Notes under the pieces: generated by a model
What the model was told of the DNA's origin: nothing
Database searches by the model: none
What the model saw: the letters and a program-made list of their open reading frames with translations, nothing else
Assembly: GCA_038217285.1 (NCBI GenBank)
Contig: JBBQPO010000085.1
Location: 1-20,707, forward strand
Length of the DNA: 20,707 nucleotides
Direction: 5' to 3'
Origin: Chthonomonadales bacterium
GTDB lineage: Bacteria; Armatimonadota; Chthonomonadetes; Chthonomonadales; Chthonomonadaceae
Part shown: one piece after another, positions 1-8,891 of the stretch
Layout of the letters: each line of letters starts with the position of its first letter
Numbering within the stretch: the stretch's first letter is position 1
Translations under genes and position numbers: made by a program

Positions 1-42
1 ATAACGAGGACTCAAGTCCAAAATGGAAATGGAGACATCGCA

Positions 43-429
43 TTGAGAATTTACGATGATTATGATGAACTCGGAACGCTTATAAGTTACTCCGATATTC
101 AGGGTATAGAGGCGTGGCTTCAACAAGGAAAGAACATTGACGTCTCAGATGAGGATGGAACGACCTGCCTTTTCCATGCTCTGAGCATGGGCCTTTCCGA
201 CATCGTGCGCTTTCTCGTAAGCCACGGTGCGGACATAAATAGACAAAGAGACGATGGGTACACACCACTCATCCAGTCCGTAATATCCGGAGGCCGCTGC
301 ACGAAATGGCTCGTAGAGAATGGTGCAGACGTCGCACTAAAGGATGTCGAAGGTCGAACCGCGCTGGATCACGCTTTGTTATGGGGCCGACAGTCATGCA
401 TCGAGTATCTCCGATCTCTTGCAGGATGA
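43..429 (+). CDS. Ankyrin-repeat protein (128 aa)
   Basis: Ankyrin consensus repeats DEDGTTCLFHA...IVRFLVSHGADIN, DDGYTPLIQS...WLVENGADV and DVEGRTALDHA. GGAG at 31-34 lies 8 nt before the TTG. The frame is also open to the window edge, so the start could lie further upstream. Confidence 0.88.
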   Translation: MRIYDDYDELGTLISYSDIQGIEAWLQQGKNIDVSDEDGTTCLFHALSMGLSDIVRFLVSHGADINRQRDDGYTPLIQSVISGGRCTKWLVENGADVALKDVEGRTALDHALLWGRQSCIEYLRSLAG

Positions 430-565
430 CCATCAGATTTTTGTGACAGTCCCTACGGCCTGAGCAGAAACAAATGATCGCTGCGACGGACACGTCTACA
501 CCACCCTATCCGTTGTAAGGAGCGCTGCATACCCACCGTGGACAGCCATAGTATTCCCGTTACAG

Positions 566-573
566 TGTATAAT
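566..573 (+). promoter_or_regulatory. Putative sigma70 -10 element for the DUF433/PIN operon
   Basis: Perfect TATAAT at 568-573, about 45 nt before the ATG at 619; AAGGAGG RBS just upstream of the start. No clear -35. Confidence 0.45.
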
Positions 574-618
574 GACGGCAGACAATGCGCTTGATTCTCA
601 TGTTAAAGGAGGCGATAG

Positions 619-840
619 ATGAATTATCGAGATATTCTTGTGCTGGAGCCTGGGAAACGCAGTGGCAAGCCCTGCATCCGCGGCCTGCGCATCACCGTAT
701 ATGATATTCTGTCGTATCTCGCTGCTGGAATGACAAATGAACAGATTCTTGCGGACTTCCCCTCTCTGACTGCCGAAGACATTCGTGCGTGTCTCAGTTA
801 TGCAGCCGACCGCGAGCGCCAAACGCGGATCGCTGCATGA
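619..840 (+). CDS. DUF433 family antitoxin (VapB45-like)
   Basis: Typical DUF433 signature PGKRSGKPCIRGLRITVYDILSYLAAGMT.EQILADFP.LT.EDIRACL.YAA; AAGGAGG RBS. Confidence 0.93.
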   Translation: MNYRDILVLEPGKRSGKPCIRGLRITVYDILSYLAAGMTNEQILADFPSLTAEDIRACLSYAADRERQTRIAA

Positions 841-1169
841 AGATGCTGCTCGACCATAACCTCTCTCCACGTCTCATAGGCCGCCTGGCAGACATTTTTG
901 CTGACAGTTCACACGTCACCTATCATGCTCTGGACGAAGCTGACGACTTCGTGGTCTGGCAGTTTGCTTATGACAACGGCTTTACCCTGGTAACAAAGGA
1001 CTCAGATTTCTATGACCTGAGTCTGTTACGCGGGTTTCCGCCGAAGGTGATCTGGCTGCGGATCGGCAACTGCACGACAAGCGCCATCGAAGAGTTACTG
1101 CGCGCCTATCAGCAAGAGATTTCGCTTTTCGAGGCAGATTTAGAAGCAGGCACTCTGGCGTTGCAGTAG
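837..1169 (+). CDS. DUF5615 family PIN-like toxin (VapC45-like)
   Basis: MKMLLDHNLSP...D..VWQFA..NGFTLVTKDSDF...PPKVIWLRIGN is the DUF5615 pattern. The ATG at 837 overlaps the DUF433 stop (ATGA), indicating translational coupling. Confidence 0.92.
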   Translation: MKMLLDHNLSPRLIGRLADIFADSSHVTYHALDEADDFVVWQFAYDNGFTLVTKDSDFYDLSLLRGFPPKVIWLRIGNCTTSAIEELLRAYQQEISLFEADLEAGTLALQ

Positions 1170-1289
1170 TCCGACAGCGACAGGGTAGCCAACCTTCGTT
1201 CTAACATATCCCCTGGCTCAGAATTGCAACTTTTCCTGTAGCCGCTTCGCGAACAGACCTGCGAGGAGGAGTCCTCCCTTCTTCCCAGT

Positions 1290-1579
1290 CCTCTCCTACA
1301 TTCTTATCTTGTCCCTCAGTCACAAGGGATCCCCTCTTCACGCTTTACTTCCCGCCTGTAAACGAGCGGTCTGAGGCGGCAAGCCCCATAAATGGGGCTG
1401 TGTCCGGCGCTACCAGGTGGTTCCGTCAGCTTGTGGAGATCGATCCTCGCTTCTGTTGGACAGATTGATCCCACTTCCAACCCGCACATGCCCATTTATG
1501 GGCCTTGACATACCCAGCAGGGTGCTCCTTTAGGGGCGGCGGTCTACGAGACAAGATAAGTCCTACTTTCCGGGAGAGG
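1290..1579. repeat. Nested inverted-repeat element (REPIN/BIME-like, possibly a non-autonomous mobile element)
   Basis: Palindromes ccgcctgtaaacgagcgg (1352-1369) and agccccataaatggggct (1382-1399) are mirrored by gcccatttatgggc (1490-1503) and gctcctttaggggc (1524-1537). Outer perfect 11-bp IR CTTATCTTGTC (1303-1313)/GACAAGATAAG (1550-1560), plus cctctcc (1290-1296)/ggagagg (1573-1579). Confidence 0.7.
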
Positions 1580-1589
1580 GGCTTTTTTT
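1558..1589 (+). terminator. Putative intrinsic terminator
   Basis: Imperfect hairpin aagtcctactttc...gggagaggggctt ending in a T7 run. Confidence 0.5.
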
Positions 1590-1757
1590 GTGCCGAGGCA
1601 AACGAGGATTCTGCGGCCGAGATGGCGAATTCTGGCTTCGTGCCGACGAGCGGAGTGGCGCGTTCCTCGCCGGGTATCCCGATGAAGGAAACCGTCAACG
1701 AAGAAGGCTACAACTGCCCGCAGCGCCCCATAGGCGCAGAGAAGAGAGGTACCGAAC

Positions 1758-2234
1758 ATGTCTGAAATCAACCTACCCGCATTTTTGGCCGCCCGCATCC
1801 GCGAAAAAGGCAACGACCTCGAAAAGGCGTTCGGGAAAATGCCTGCAGATCGTCAGGCCTGGCATCCCCCGGTGGACGGAAACATGGGCCGGGATGCCCT
1901 TGATCAGATCGTCGAATGCGGTCTGCTGAACGGCTTTTTTGCCGACGCCTTCCGGAGCGGCCAGGTTCCTGCCGTGGACTGGGACGCCTACACGGCGCAG
2001 AAGGCGACGCTCGATAGCGGGGAGAAGGCGCTGGCGGCGTTGAAAGAGGGCAACGAGGCGCTCGCCGCTGCGGTCGGGGCCCTTTCGCCCACCCGACTGG
2101 CGGAGACGTTTATTCATCCGTTCTATCAGAAGGAGACCAACTGGGCTGAGTTCGCCGATTTCTTCTACTGGAATATGTGCTACCACGAGGGCCAGATCAA
2201 CTACATCCAGGTGCTCTACGGCGATATGTCGTAA
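1758..2234 (+). CDS. DinB/YfiT superfamily protein
   Basis: Four-helix DinB layout: 'MPADRQAWHP...GRDALDQIVEC' and C-terminal 'WNMCYHEGQINYIQ'. GAGAGG RBS. Confidence 0.8.
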   Translation: MSEINLPAFLAARIREKGNDLEKAFGKMPADRQAWHPPVDGNMGRDALDQIVECGLLNGFFADAFRSGQVPAVDWDAYTAQKATLDSGEKALAALKEGNEALAAAVGALSPTRLAETFIHPFYQKETNWAEFADFFYWNMCYHEGQINYIQVLYGDMS

Positions 2235-2268
2235 ACACGAGTTCCAAACGCGAACGAGCGTCTCCGAC

Positions 2269-2303
2269 GCAACAGGCCGACCACGTACTGGTCGGCCTGT
2301 TGC
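2269..2303. terminator. Perfect 15-bp hairpin between convergent genes (probable bidirectional terminator)
   Basis: gcaacaggccgacca-cgtac-tggtcggcctgttgc lies between the stops at 2234 (+) and 2349 (-). Confidence 0.75.
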
Positions 2304-2348
2304 ATTAGATGCCGGGGTTTGTGCTCGGCATATCGATTTCACTCTCGT

Positions 2349-5318
2349 TTAGCGCGGGCCCACGATCTTCCAGCCGGGCGGTGGGTAGAGCGAGAGTGAA
2401 GCCCCGTCCACATAAGCGCCGTTCTTAAGGTACCAGATCGCTCCTTGATTGGTGGTCTGGTTCTGGAAGAGCAGATCGGCGCTTCCATCTCCGTTGTAGT
2501 CCCCTATCCCAACAGCTTTCCACCCTGAGGCGGGAACCGTCGTCAAAATCGTCCCTCCGACATAGGTCGTGCCGTTCATATACCAGAGGGCGATCTGTCC
2601 CGTGCTCTGGTTTTGAAAGGCGAGATCGGTGAAGCCGTCCGCGTTGAAGTCGCCCGCGCCGACGACCTGCCATCCCGCCCCCGGCGTCGAGGACAGCAGG
2701 GCGCCTCCCTGGTAAACCGCTCCGTTCATATACCAGACGGCAATCTGGTTGGTGGTCTGGTTCTGGAGTACAAGGTCGGATTTGCCATCGGCGTTAAAGT
2801 CCCCAATACCGACGACCTTCCATCCAGGCGGCGGAGTGAGATTGACAAAATCACTTCGATAGATGGCGGCATTGTTCGTTCCACCGGTTGTCCAGAGGAC
2901 GATCCGGTTGGTCGTGCGGCTTTGAAAAACCAGGGACATGGAACCCCTGCCTTCGAAGTCTCCCACACCTATGAGGGCGTAGCCGCTCAGAGGCGACAGG
3001 GAGAAGTAGGCGCCTCCGACCCAGCTCGAGCCCTGCATGAACCAACTGGCGATGGCGCCGGTAGTCGAGTTCTGTATCAGCAGATCCGTTAAGCCGTCGT
3101 TGTTGAAGTCCGGGAAGATCGGAATAGGCGACAGTTTCGTGACAAAGGTCGCTCCACTCCCGATGTCAACTGCACCAGGGGTAGTAGGGAATTGCCATGT
3201 GTCGGCGTAACCGCAGACATAGACATTGCCGCTTCTATCTACCGCAATACTCAGTCCTCCGTCGCCATCCAGCGTGGGGCTAGTGTTTAGGTCTCCTCCC
3301 AGAAAAGTCGAGTAGAGGGGAACGGTTCCAGCCGGGTTGAGTTTGGTCACGAAAGCCTGAGGGCCGACAGTAGTCATTCGTTGAAACGCACCGATTGTCG
3401 TCGGGAATGCGTTGATCGCCGTTCCCGTGATGTAGGCGTTGCCGCTGCTGTCGACACTGACGCCGGAAGCGCCGCTGTCCCCACCCCCCCTTCCAAGAAA
3501 GGTCGAGTAGATCAGAGTCGCACCAGCAGGGTCCAGTTTGGTCACGAAGTCTCCGCCAGCGGTCAGTTTCGGTTGAAATGCGCCAGGAGTGGTCGGATAA
3601 TCGGTGGAGCCGATACCAACGGCATAGGCGTTACCGACGCTGTCGATGGCGATCCCGTATCCGATGTCAGAGGGGCTTCCTCCCAGCACGGTCGAGTAAG
3701 TCAGTGCCGTACCGGTCGGGTTGAGCTTGGTTACGAAGGCCGCGTATCCCCCTGCCTGCGCCTTACTGACGCGTTGGAACGCCCCGGGAGTGGTGGGGAA
3801 GTCCGTGGAGGCGGTCGAACCGACGATGTAAGCGCTGCCGCTGCTATCGACGGCGATTCCACGTCCGGCGTCGCCCAGCGGCGAACCCAGGTCTACGCTG
3901 CCGCCCAAATAGGTGGAGTAGGTCAGATCGGTTCCGGTCGGATTGAGCTTGGTCACGAAGGCGTTGAGGCTGTTGGGCGCCTTGTTCGCCGCTTGGAAGG
4001 CACCCGGTGTGGTCGGAAAGCCACTCCCGGCGGAGCCGGTGACATAGGCGCTGCCGCTGCTGTCAACGGCGATGCCGATGCCATGGTTATAGCTGCCTCT
4101 TGTGCCAGCATTGTAACTGTTCTTGCCGACGAACGTGGAGTAGACCAGCGCCGTACCTGTGGGATTCAGTTTGGTGACAAAGAGTTCATCGCCACTGGAT
4201 TGCTGCGTCTTATACGCGCCTGGAGTCGTCGGAAAGGCAGTCGTTCCAGAGCCGGTAATGTAGGCGTTGCCGCTGCTGTCGATGGCAATGGCAGGTGCGG
4301 AGAAGTCTGTCGGGCCAAGATAGGTCGCGTAGAGAAGAGCCGTACCGGTCGGGTTCATTTTGACCACATAGGCCCTGCCCTGCGCCTCGTTGCTCTGCGT
4401 TGAACCCGTCACATAGGCGTTGCCGGCGCCATCGATAGCGAGGGACGCGGTGGGATAGATAGTTCCCTCCAGACGGCTGGAATAGAGGAGTACCGGATCG
4501 ATGACCAGCGAGCGAGCGGCATCGTAGCGGCCGAGCGCGAAACTCACGCCTGCCTGCCCGTTCGGCAGCCTCTTGAGGCGGAAATGCGCGGCTATCGAGT
4601 GCTTACCTGCCTTATCCTGCTGATAGACCGCCGGCTTCCGCCATGTAAGTTCTCGCCCTTCCACCCGAACGATCAGGTCGCCTGCGGCATTGATATGCAC
4701 GCCCTGCGCGCCCGCAAAGCCCAGATCGATCTGCCTCGGATCGGCGTGCGGCGCTACGATGAAGTCGTACTCCAGACGCTGCTGATTGCCGTAGTAGACC
4801 ACATCGACCCCAGGATAGACTCCGCGAAAGCCCACCCGAGCGAATGTCGGCACATTAGCATGCCACTGGCTCGGATCTTTGCCCAGGAAGTAGTTGACCC
4901 GACCGATAAGAGGCTGCTGCTGCAACGCGGCAGCCCGGGAATCGGCTCCCAAGAGCTGCATTCGAAGCGACCGGAAAGAGGATTTACCCAAGGCTTGATG
5001 GGTTGTCGGGCTCTTGACGAGAGAGCGCGGATGAGAAGGCAGGGTGAAGACGGCTTCGGAGGCGTTTAGCGAGAGAGTGCTGCCGAGACTATGGGTGAGG
5101 AAGCGCACCCCGCGGTCGGCCTGTCCTTGATTGGGCTCGAAGGAGAGGGGCAGGCGACCAAATTCTTTGACAGCGGGTTTACGTGCTGAATGCAATGGAA
5201 GAATGGCGTTGTGTGAAGCGACCCCGCCAGTGGGGGGGTCTTTAGGGCCAGGCAGACTCTGCGCGTTCGTTGCGCCGAGCAGCAGGAGGCCGGCAAACAG
5301 GGAGGGATGACGTTGCAA
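2349..5318 (-). CDS. Secreted SBBP (seven-bladed beta-propeller) repeat protein with C-terminal FG-GAP/VCBS domain
   Basis: Signal peptide; N-terminal domain typical of SBBP proteins (LPLSFEPNQGQ...VNYFLG...YPGVDVVYYG...LEYDFIVAP...LVIDP). Seven 'A(I/V)D.SGNAY(V/I)TG' repeats and five D(F/Y)N.DG..DL FG-GAP repeats (2349-3110). AGGAG RBS before the TTG. Confidence 0.92.
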   Translation of the reverse strand: MQRHPSLFAGLLLLGATNAQSLPGPKDPPTGGVASHNAILPLHSARKPAVKEFGRLPLSFEPNQGQADRGVRFLTHSLGSTLSLNASEAVFTLPSHPRSLVKSPTTHQALGKSSFRSLRMQLLGADSRAAALQQQPLIGRVNYFLGKDPSQWHANVPTFARVGFRGVYPGVDVVYYGNQQRLEYDFIVAPHADPRQIDLGFAGAQGVHINAAGDLIVRVEGRELTWRKPAVYQQDKAGKHSIAAHFRLKRLPNGQAGVSFALGRYDAARSLVIDPVLLYSSRLEGTIYPTASLAIDGAGNAYVTGSTQSNEAQGRAYVVKMNPTGTALLYATYLGPTDFSAPAIAIDSSGNAYITGSGTTAFPTTPGAYKTQQSSGDELFVTKLNPTGTALVYSTFVGKNSYNAGTRGSYNHGIGIAVDSSGSAYVTGSAGSGFPTTPGAFQAANKAPNSLNAFVTKLNPTGTDLTYSTYLGGSVDLGSPLGDAGRGIAVDSSGSAYIVGSTASTDFPTTPGAFQRVSKAQAGGYAAFVTKLNPTGTALTYSTVLGGSPSDIGYGIAIDSVGNAYAVGIGSTDYPTTPGAFQPKLTAGGDFVTKLDPAGATLIYSTFLGRGGGDSGASGVSVDSSGNAYITGTAINAFPTTIGAFQRMTTVGPQAFVTKLNPAGTVPLYSTFLGGDLNTSPTLDGDGGLSIAVDRSGNVYVCGYADTWQFPTTPGAVDIGSGATFVTKLSPIPIFPDFNNDGLTDLLIQNSTTGAIASWFMQGSSWVGGAYFSLSPLSGYALIGVGDFEGRGSMSLVFQSRTTNRIVLWTTGGTNNAAIYRSDFVNLTPPPGWKVVGIGDFNADGKSDLVLQNQTTNQIAVWYMNGAVYQGGALLSSTPGAGWQVVGAGDFNADGFTDLAFQNQSTGQIALWYMNGTTYVGGTILTTVPASGWKAVGIGDYNGDGSADLLFQNQTTNQGAIWYLKNGAYVDGASLSLYPPPGWKIVGPR

Positions 5319-5568
5319 GGTACTGCTCCTTTTGAAAACGGGTATTGCTACAGCGATAAGTGCGTGATAGGGACCGGCATAAGGCCGTTTCTCCGGGTTT
5401 GTAGCGTGGTTTCCGGCGAGGACGCGACCAATAAAAGAGACGGAAAATATCGGAGAACATGGCTGTCATCAACGTCTGCAAATGCGTTCCATCACTTTTG
5501 TGCAGTCGTCTGTGTTCTTTGACTGATCGCTGAAAGTGATTGTTCCTTCCCACAAGGGTTTTGGCGAT

Positions 5569-5600
5569 AAAAGGCCCTCCTCCCGACGAGGGAAGAGGGC
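5569..5600 (-). terminator. Intrinsic terminator of the Gfo/Idh/MocA gene
   Basis: Minus strand reads gccctcttccc-tcgtc-gggaggagggc then ctttt, about 30 nt after the stop at 5630. Confidence 0.6.
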
Positions 5601-5629
5601 GAGAGTGGAGAAAAGACCGGCGCACGGTG

Positions 5630-6940
5630 TTAGGCCTTGGGGAGCTTCCAGGGCGCGCGGCGTTCGCGGTCGCGCCACGTGTCGGCTTCGTGGTCGTTGA
5701 CGAACTGCCACTTTGCGGGGTCCCACTTCAGGGTGCGGCCGTGCCAGTAGGCCAGATTGCCGAGGTGGCAGACGGTGGCAGAGCGCGCTCCGATCTCGAC
5801 ATCGCAGATCGGCTTGTCACGGGTCTTGATGCAGTCGAGCCAGTTCTGCTGATGGTTGGACGATTTGTAGAGCGGCTTCTCGGAAGCGCCCAGGGGATCG
5901 GTGACGATGTTCGGGGGCCAGCTTTCGAGCTGCCCGCGATTGACATGGACGATCCCGTTTTCGCCGATAAAGTGGACGCCGTCGCGCTCCATGCCGTCGG
6001 GATCTTTGTAGTTGTTGTGGAACATCTCCACGCCGTTGGCATAGAGGTAGCGCAGGCCGTGCTCGGCCTTCGGGTCGGTGGGAGGGGTGATCTCGACGGG
6101 GCCGCTCTCGTCCATGCCCAGGCCCCACTGCGCGATATCGAAATGGTGCGCGCCCCAGTCGGTCATCATGCCGCCGGAGAATTCGCGATAGTTGCGCCAG
6201 TTCGGGAAGAAGTTATGGATGCCGCGCGGACTGAGGATCGAGTTGTAGGGGCGGTCCGGCGCCTGGCCGAGCCACATATTCCAGTCCAGTCCGGGCTCCA
6301 GAGGCTCGCCCGGCAGGTCGCAGGGCCGACTGGTGGCGCCGACACCGACATAGACCTGTTTCACCTTGCCGATGCGCCCGTTGCGAACCGCTTCGCAGGC
6401 GGTGCGGAACTCTTTGGAAGAGCGCTGCTGGCTGCCCGTCTGCAGAATACGCTTGTGCTTATGCGCACAGTCGATCAGCAGCTTCGCTTCCGCGATGGTC
6501 AGCGTGAGCGGCTTCTCGCAGTAGACATCTTTGCCGGCCTGCATGGCCGCGACGGCCGTGAGGGCGTGCCAGTGGTCAGGGGTGCCGATCACCACCGCAT
6601 CGATATCCTTGCGCGCGACCAGCTCCCGGAAATCGGTGTAGGTCGAGCAGCCTTTGTAGGCCTTGTCGTTCGAGTACCAGTCCTCGACGATCTTCTTCGC
6701 GTTCTCGCGGCGCGTGGTATCGACATCGCAGACCGCGAGAACCTTCACATCGTCGTTGCGAACGAGGGCGTTCAGGTGGCCGCGGGCCTGATAGCCGACG
6801 CCGATAAAGCCCAGGGTGATTTTGTTGCTGGGGGCCGGTGTGCCCTGTCGGCCCAGCGCAGACGCGGACACGATAGTCGGCGCGGCCACCATCGCCGCCG
6901 CGCCAGCCAGCAGTCCACGCCGCGAAATTGTGTTACTCAC
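5630..6940 (-). CDS. Gfo/Idh/MocA family NAD(P)-dependent oxidoreductase with Tat signal
   Basis: SRRGLL twin-arginine leader; Rossmann LGFIGVGYQARGH; IGTPDHWH, DVYCEKP and DWGAHHFD motifs. GAGGAGG RBS before the GTG. Confidence 0.93.
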   Translation of the reverse strand: MSNTISRRGLLAGAAAMVAAPTIVSASALGRQGTPAPSNKITLGFIGVGYQARGHLNALVRNDDVKVLAVCDVDTTRRENAKKIVEDWYSNDKAYKGCSTYTDFRELVARKDIDAVVIGTPDHWHALTAVAAMQAGKDVYCEKPLTLTIAEAKLLIDCAHKHKRILQTGSQQRSSKEFRTACEAVRNGRIGKVKQVYVGVGATSRPCDLPGEPLEPGLDWNMWLGQAPDRPYNSILSPRGIHNFFPNWRNYREFSGGMMTDWGAHHFDIAQWGLGMDESGPVEITPPTDPKAEHGLRYLYANGVEMFHNNYKDPDGMERDGVHFIGENGIVHVNRGQLESWPPNIVTDPLGASEKPLYKSSNHQQNWLDCIKTRDKPICDVEIGARSATVCHLGNLAYWHGRTLKWDPAKWQFVNDHEADTWRDRERRAPWKLPKA

Positions 6941-7418
6941 GAGATCCTCCTCGATGTGTAAGCCCCACAGCCGGCGCGCCTCCCTTGCGATCCGTATGTT
7001 GGATAGAGAAAGGCATGCCAGGGGCTGGTATCGAGGTGTTCTTTCGCCTAAGAAGCGCCATATCCCTTCTTACGTCTTCGCAGGCACTCGACTCTATTTC
7101 TTCCGCTTGTCTGACTGTGCCATCGTTCGCTGAAGGGACCGCCTACCGACTGACGAAGTCTGACCATGCAAGCTAACACAATCGCTATTCGTGTGTCTGC
7201 ACCGTCTCTTTCTACATTCTTTCTTTACCGATCAAGCGAACGAAGAGCCTATTAAATGCGATTGAAGACTGAAATATGGGGGGGTATAGAGGGTGTATTT
7301 GCCCTCGTTATCGGTATAATAATTTCGATATGTGCTGACGACTATATGATTAGGATAGGTTCTTGTACCGTTGGAATGGCGCAAGACTCTAAGCGGATGT
7401 ATGCTAGAAAGGACCTCT

Positions 7419-8867
7419 ATGCGCTCGCGACATGCACTATGGATCTCTCTCCTCACTCTCTTCACTCTCGTTTCTCTGCCTCGGACACTATACGGGCAGA
7501 CGGTGGTGGTCACGAACCCCAACTGGTTTTTTAGCCCCTACAACTGGACTATTCCAGAGGTATACCAGATCGATGGGATTCGCCCCCAAGCTATCGGCAC
7601 GAACGAAATTATCACGAACCAGCCCGGCGCCTATTTTGCGCTGAGTTTTTCCAACAGCAGCCAGGCCGTTCTGAATCTCGATACAACCGGAATTACCGGC
7701 GGGCGGCGGCGTCACTTCGATGGTGGTGCAGTGGCGCGTCGATACGACGCTCTTTCCGCCGTACACCCTCGCCCTCAACGAGACGCAACTGACCCTGGCG
7801 ACCGGCCTCGACAGCGGCACCCATACCGTTCAGTTCTGGCTCGTCTCCTCCGACTATCATCAGAATCGGTGGGCGCGAACGATCACGCTAACGAACGGGT
7901 ATCTGGCCCCGCCTCAGACGCTGCGCATCACTGGGATGACGCTCGGTTGGGGTGCCGCTGTGGCGCCGCCAACCACGCTGCGATCCAAACGAATCGTGTT
8001 TTTCGGCGACAGCATCACCGAAGGAGCGGCCATAACACCGGCGGACGATGCCGGACAGACCTATACGGTCACCTGCGCCCAGGCGCTCAACGCCGAGTTC
8101 GGCGTGGTCGCCAACCCCGGACAGGGCTGGACCATGTGCGGGAATATATACCCTCCGGCCAGATCTTCGTTGTGGCCCCGTTCGGAGGATTCTGCGCCCC
8201 ATCCCTGCAGTCGGCCACGACCCAGTACCGGAACACCCACCCCAACGATACGCGAGTCGCCTTTCTCAATCTCGGCCCCACCGCGCAGAAGGGCGTCATG
8301 GCGCAGGTGCCGAGCGGCACGGCGCAGTCCTACGACGGCATTCATCCCGATGTCGCCACCCATCGCGCGCTCGGCTTCCAGTTGGCCGCCGCGATGCAGA
8401 CAGCCCTGGGCCGCAATGACCTCAACGGCGACGGCAAACCCGACATCGTCTTTCAGAACCAGACCACGCACCAGATCGCCGTATGGTTCATGGACGGGGC
8501 GCGGGTGATCGGAGGCAAACTGCTCGGTTTGGTGCCGGGAGCGGGTTACCGTGTGGTCGGGACCGGGGATTTCAACCGGGACGGCCAGACCGACCTGCTC
8601 TTTCAGGACGATGCCTCCGGCACACTGGTGCTCTGGTATATGAACGGCACGAGCTATGCGGGCGGGTCGGTGGTTTCCGCCGTGCCGCAAGCAGGGTACC
8701 ACGTCGAATCGGTCGCCGACTTCGACGGGGACGGTCGGCCGGACGTGGCGCTTCGCAATGCGAACGGCAACATCGCGCTGTGGCATCTGGACGGTGGAAG
8801 CGTCTTTTTCACCGAATCCCTGTCGCTCCGCCTCGATCCTGCGTTCCGCATCGCCGGCCCGCGCTAA
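7419..8867 (+). pseudogene. Disrupted secreted SGNH/GDSL esterase (CE2-like) with C-terminal FG-GAP domain
   Basis: Signal peptide from the ATG at 7419 (AAAGGA RBS). Protein-like sequence moves to the 7720..8508 frame at ~7701 (IVFFGDSITEG block I, GQGW block II) and returns at ~8133 (VREYIPSGQIFVVAPF, DGIHP block V, three FG-GAP repeats). Block III (GxND) is absent. Confidence 0.8.
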
Positions 8868-8891
8868 AAGGGTCGAAAGGAAAATCGCTCA

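Noticed and set aside
1590..1757. Possible c-di-GMP riboswitch or hammerhead (GGCAAAC; GATGA..GAAA) before dinB
   Set aside because: The remaining consensus elements and stems are missing.
1426..1929. Short ORFs in the TA-DinB intergenic region
   Set aside because: They overlap the repeat element or terminator and have no protein-like features.
3479..3490. C-rich homopolymer in the SBBP gene as a phase-variation site
   Set aside because: Short, encodes Gly-rich sequence, and the frame is intact.
3381..4403. 340-aa repetitive + strand ORF
   Set aside because: Antisense to the SBBP repeats; its periodicity only mirrors them.
3100..4450. Periodic DNA repeats resembling an array
   Set aside because: Degenerate coding repeats of propeller blades, not CRISPR.
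5540..6961. 473-aa + strand ORF
   Set aside because: Antisense shadow of the Gfo/Idh/MocA gene, expected from high-GC codon bias; no motifs.
7256..7534. 92-aa ORF with a hydrophobic start
   Set aside because: Overlaps the promoter-like AT-rich region and the esterase start; no RBS or recognisable motif.
7371..8867. 498-aa ORF as an intact gene and 7720..8508 as a separate gene
   Set aside because: Each is partly out-of-frame sequence; together they form one disrupted gene.
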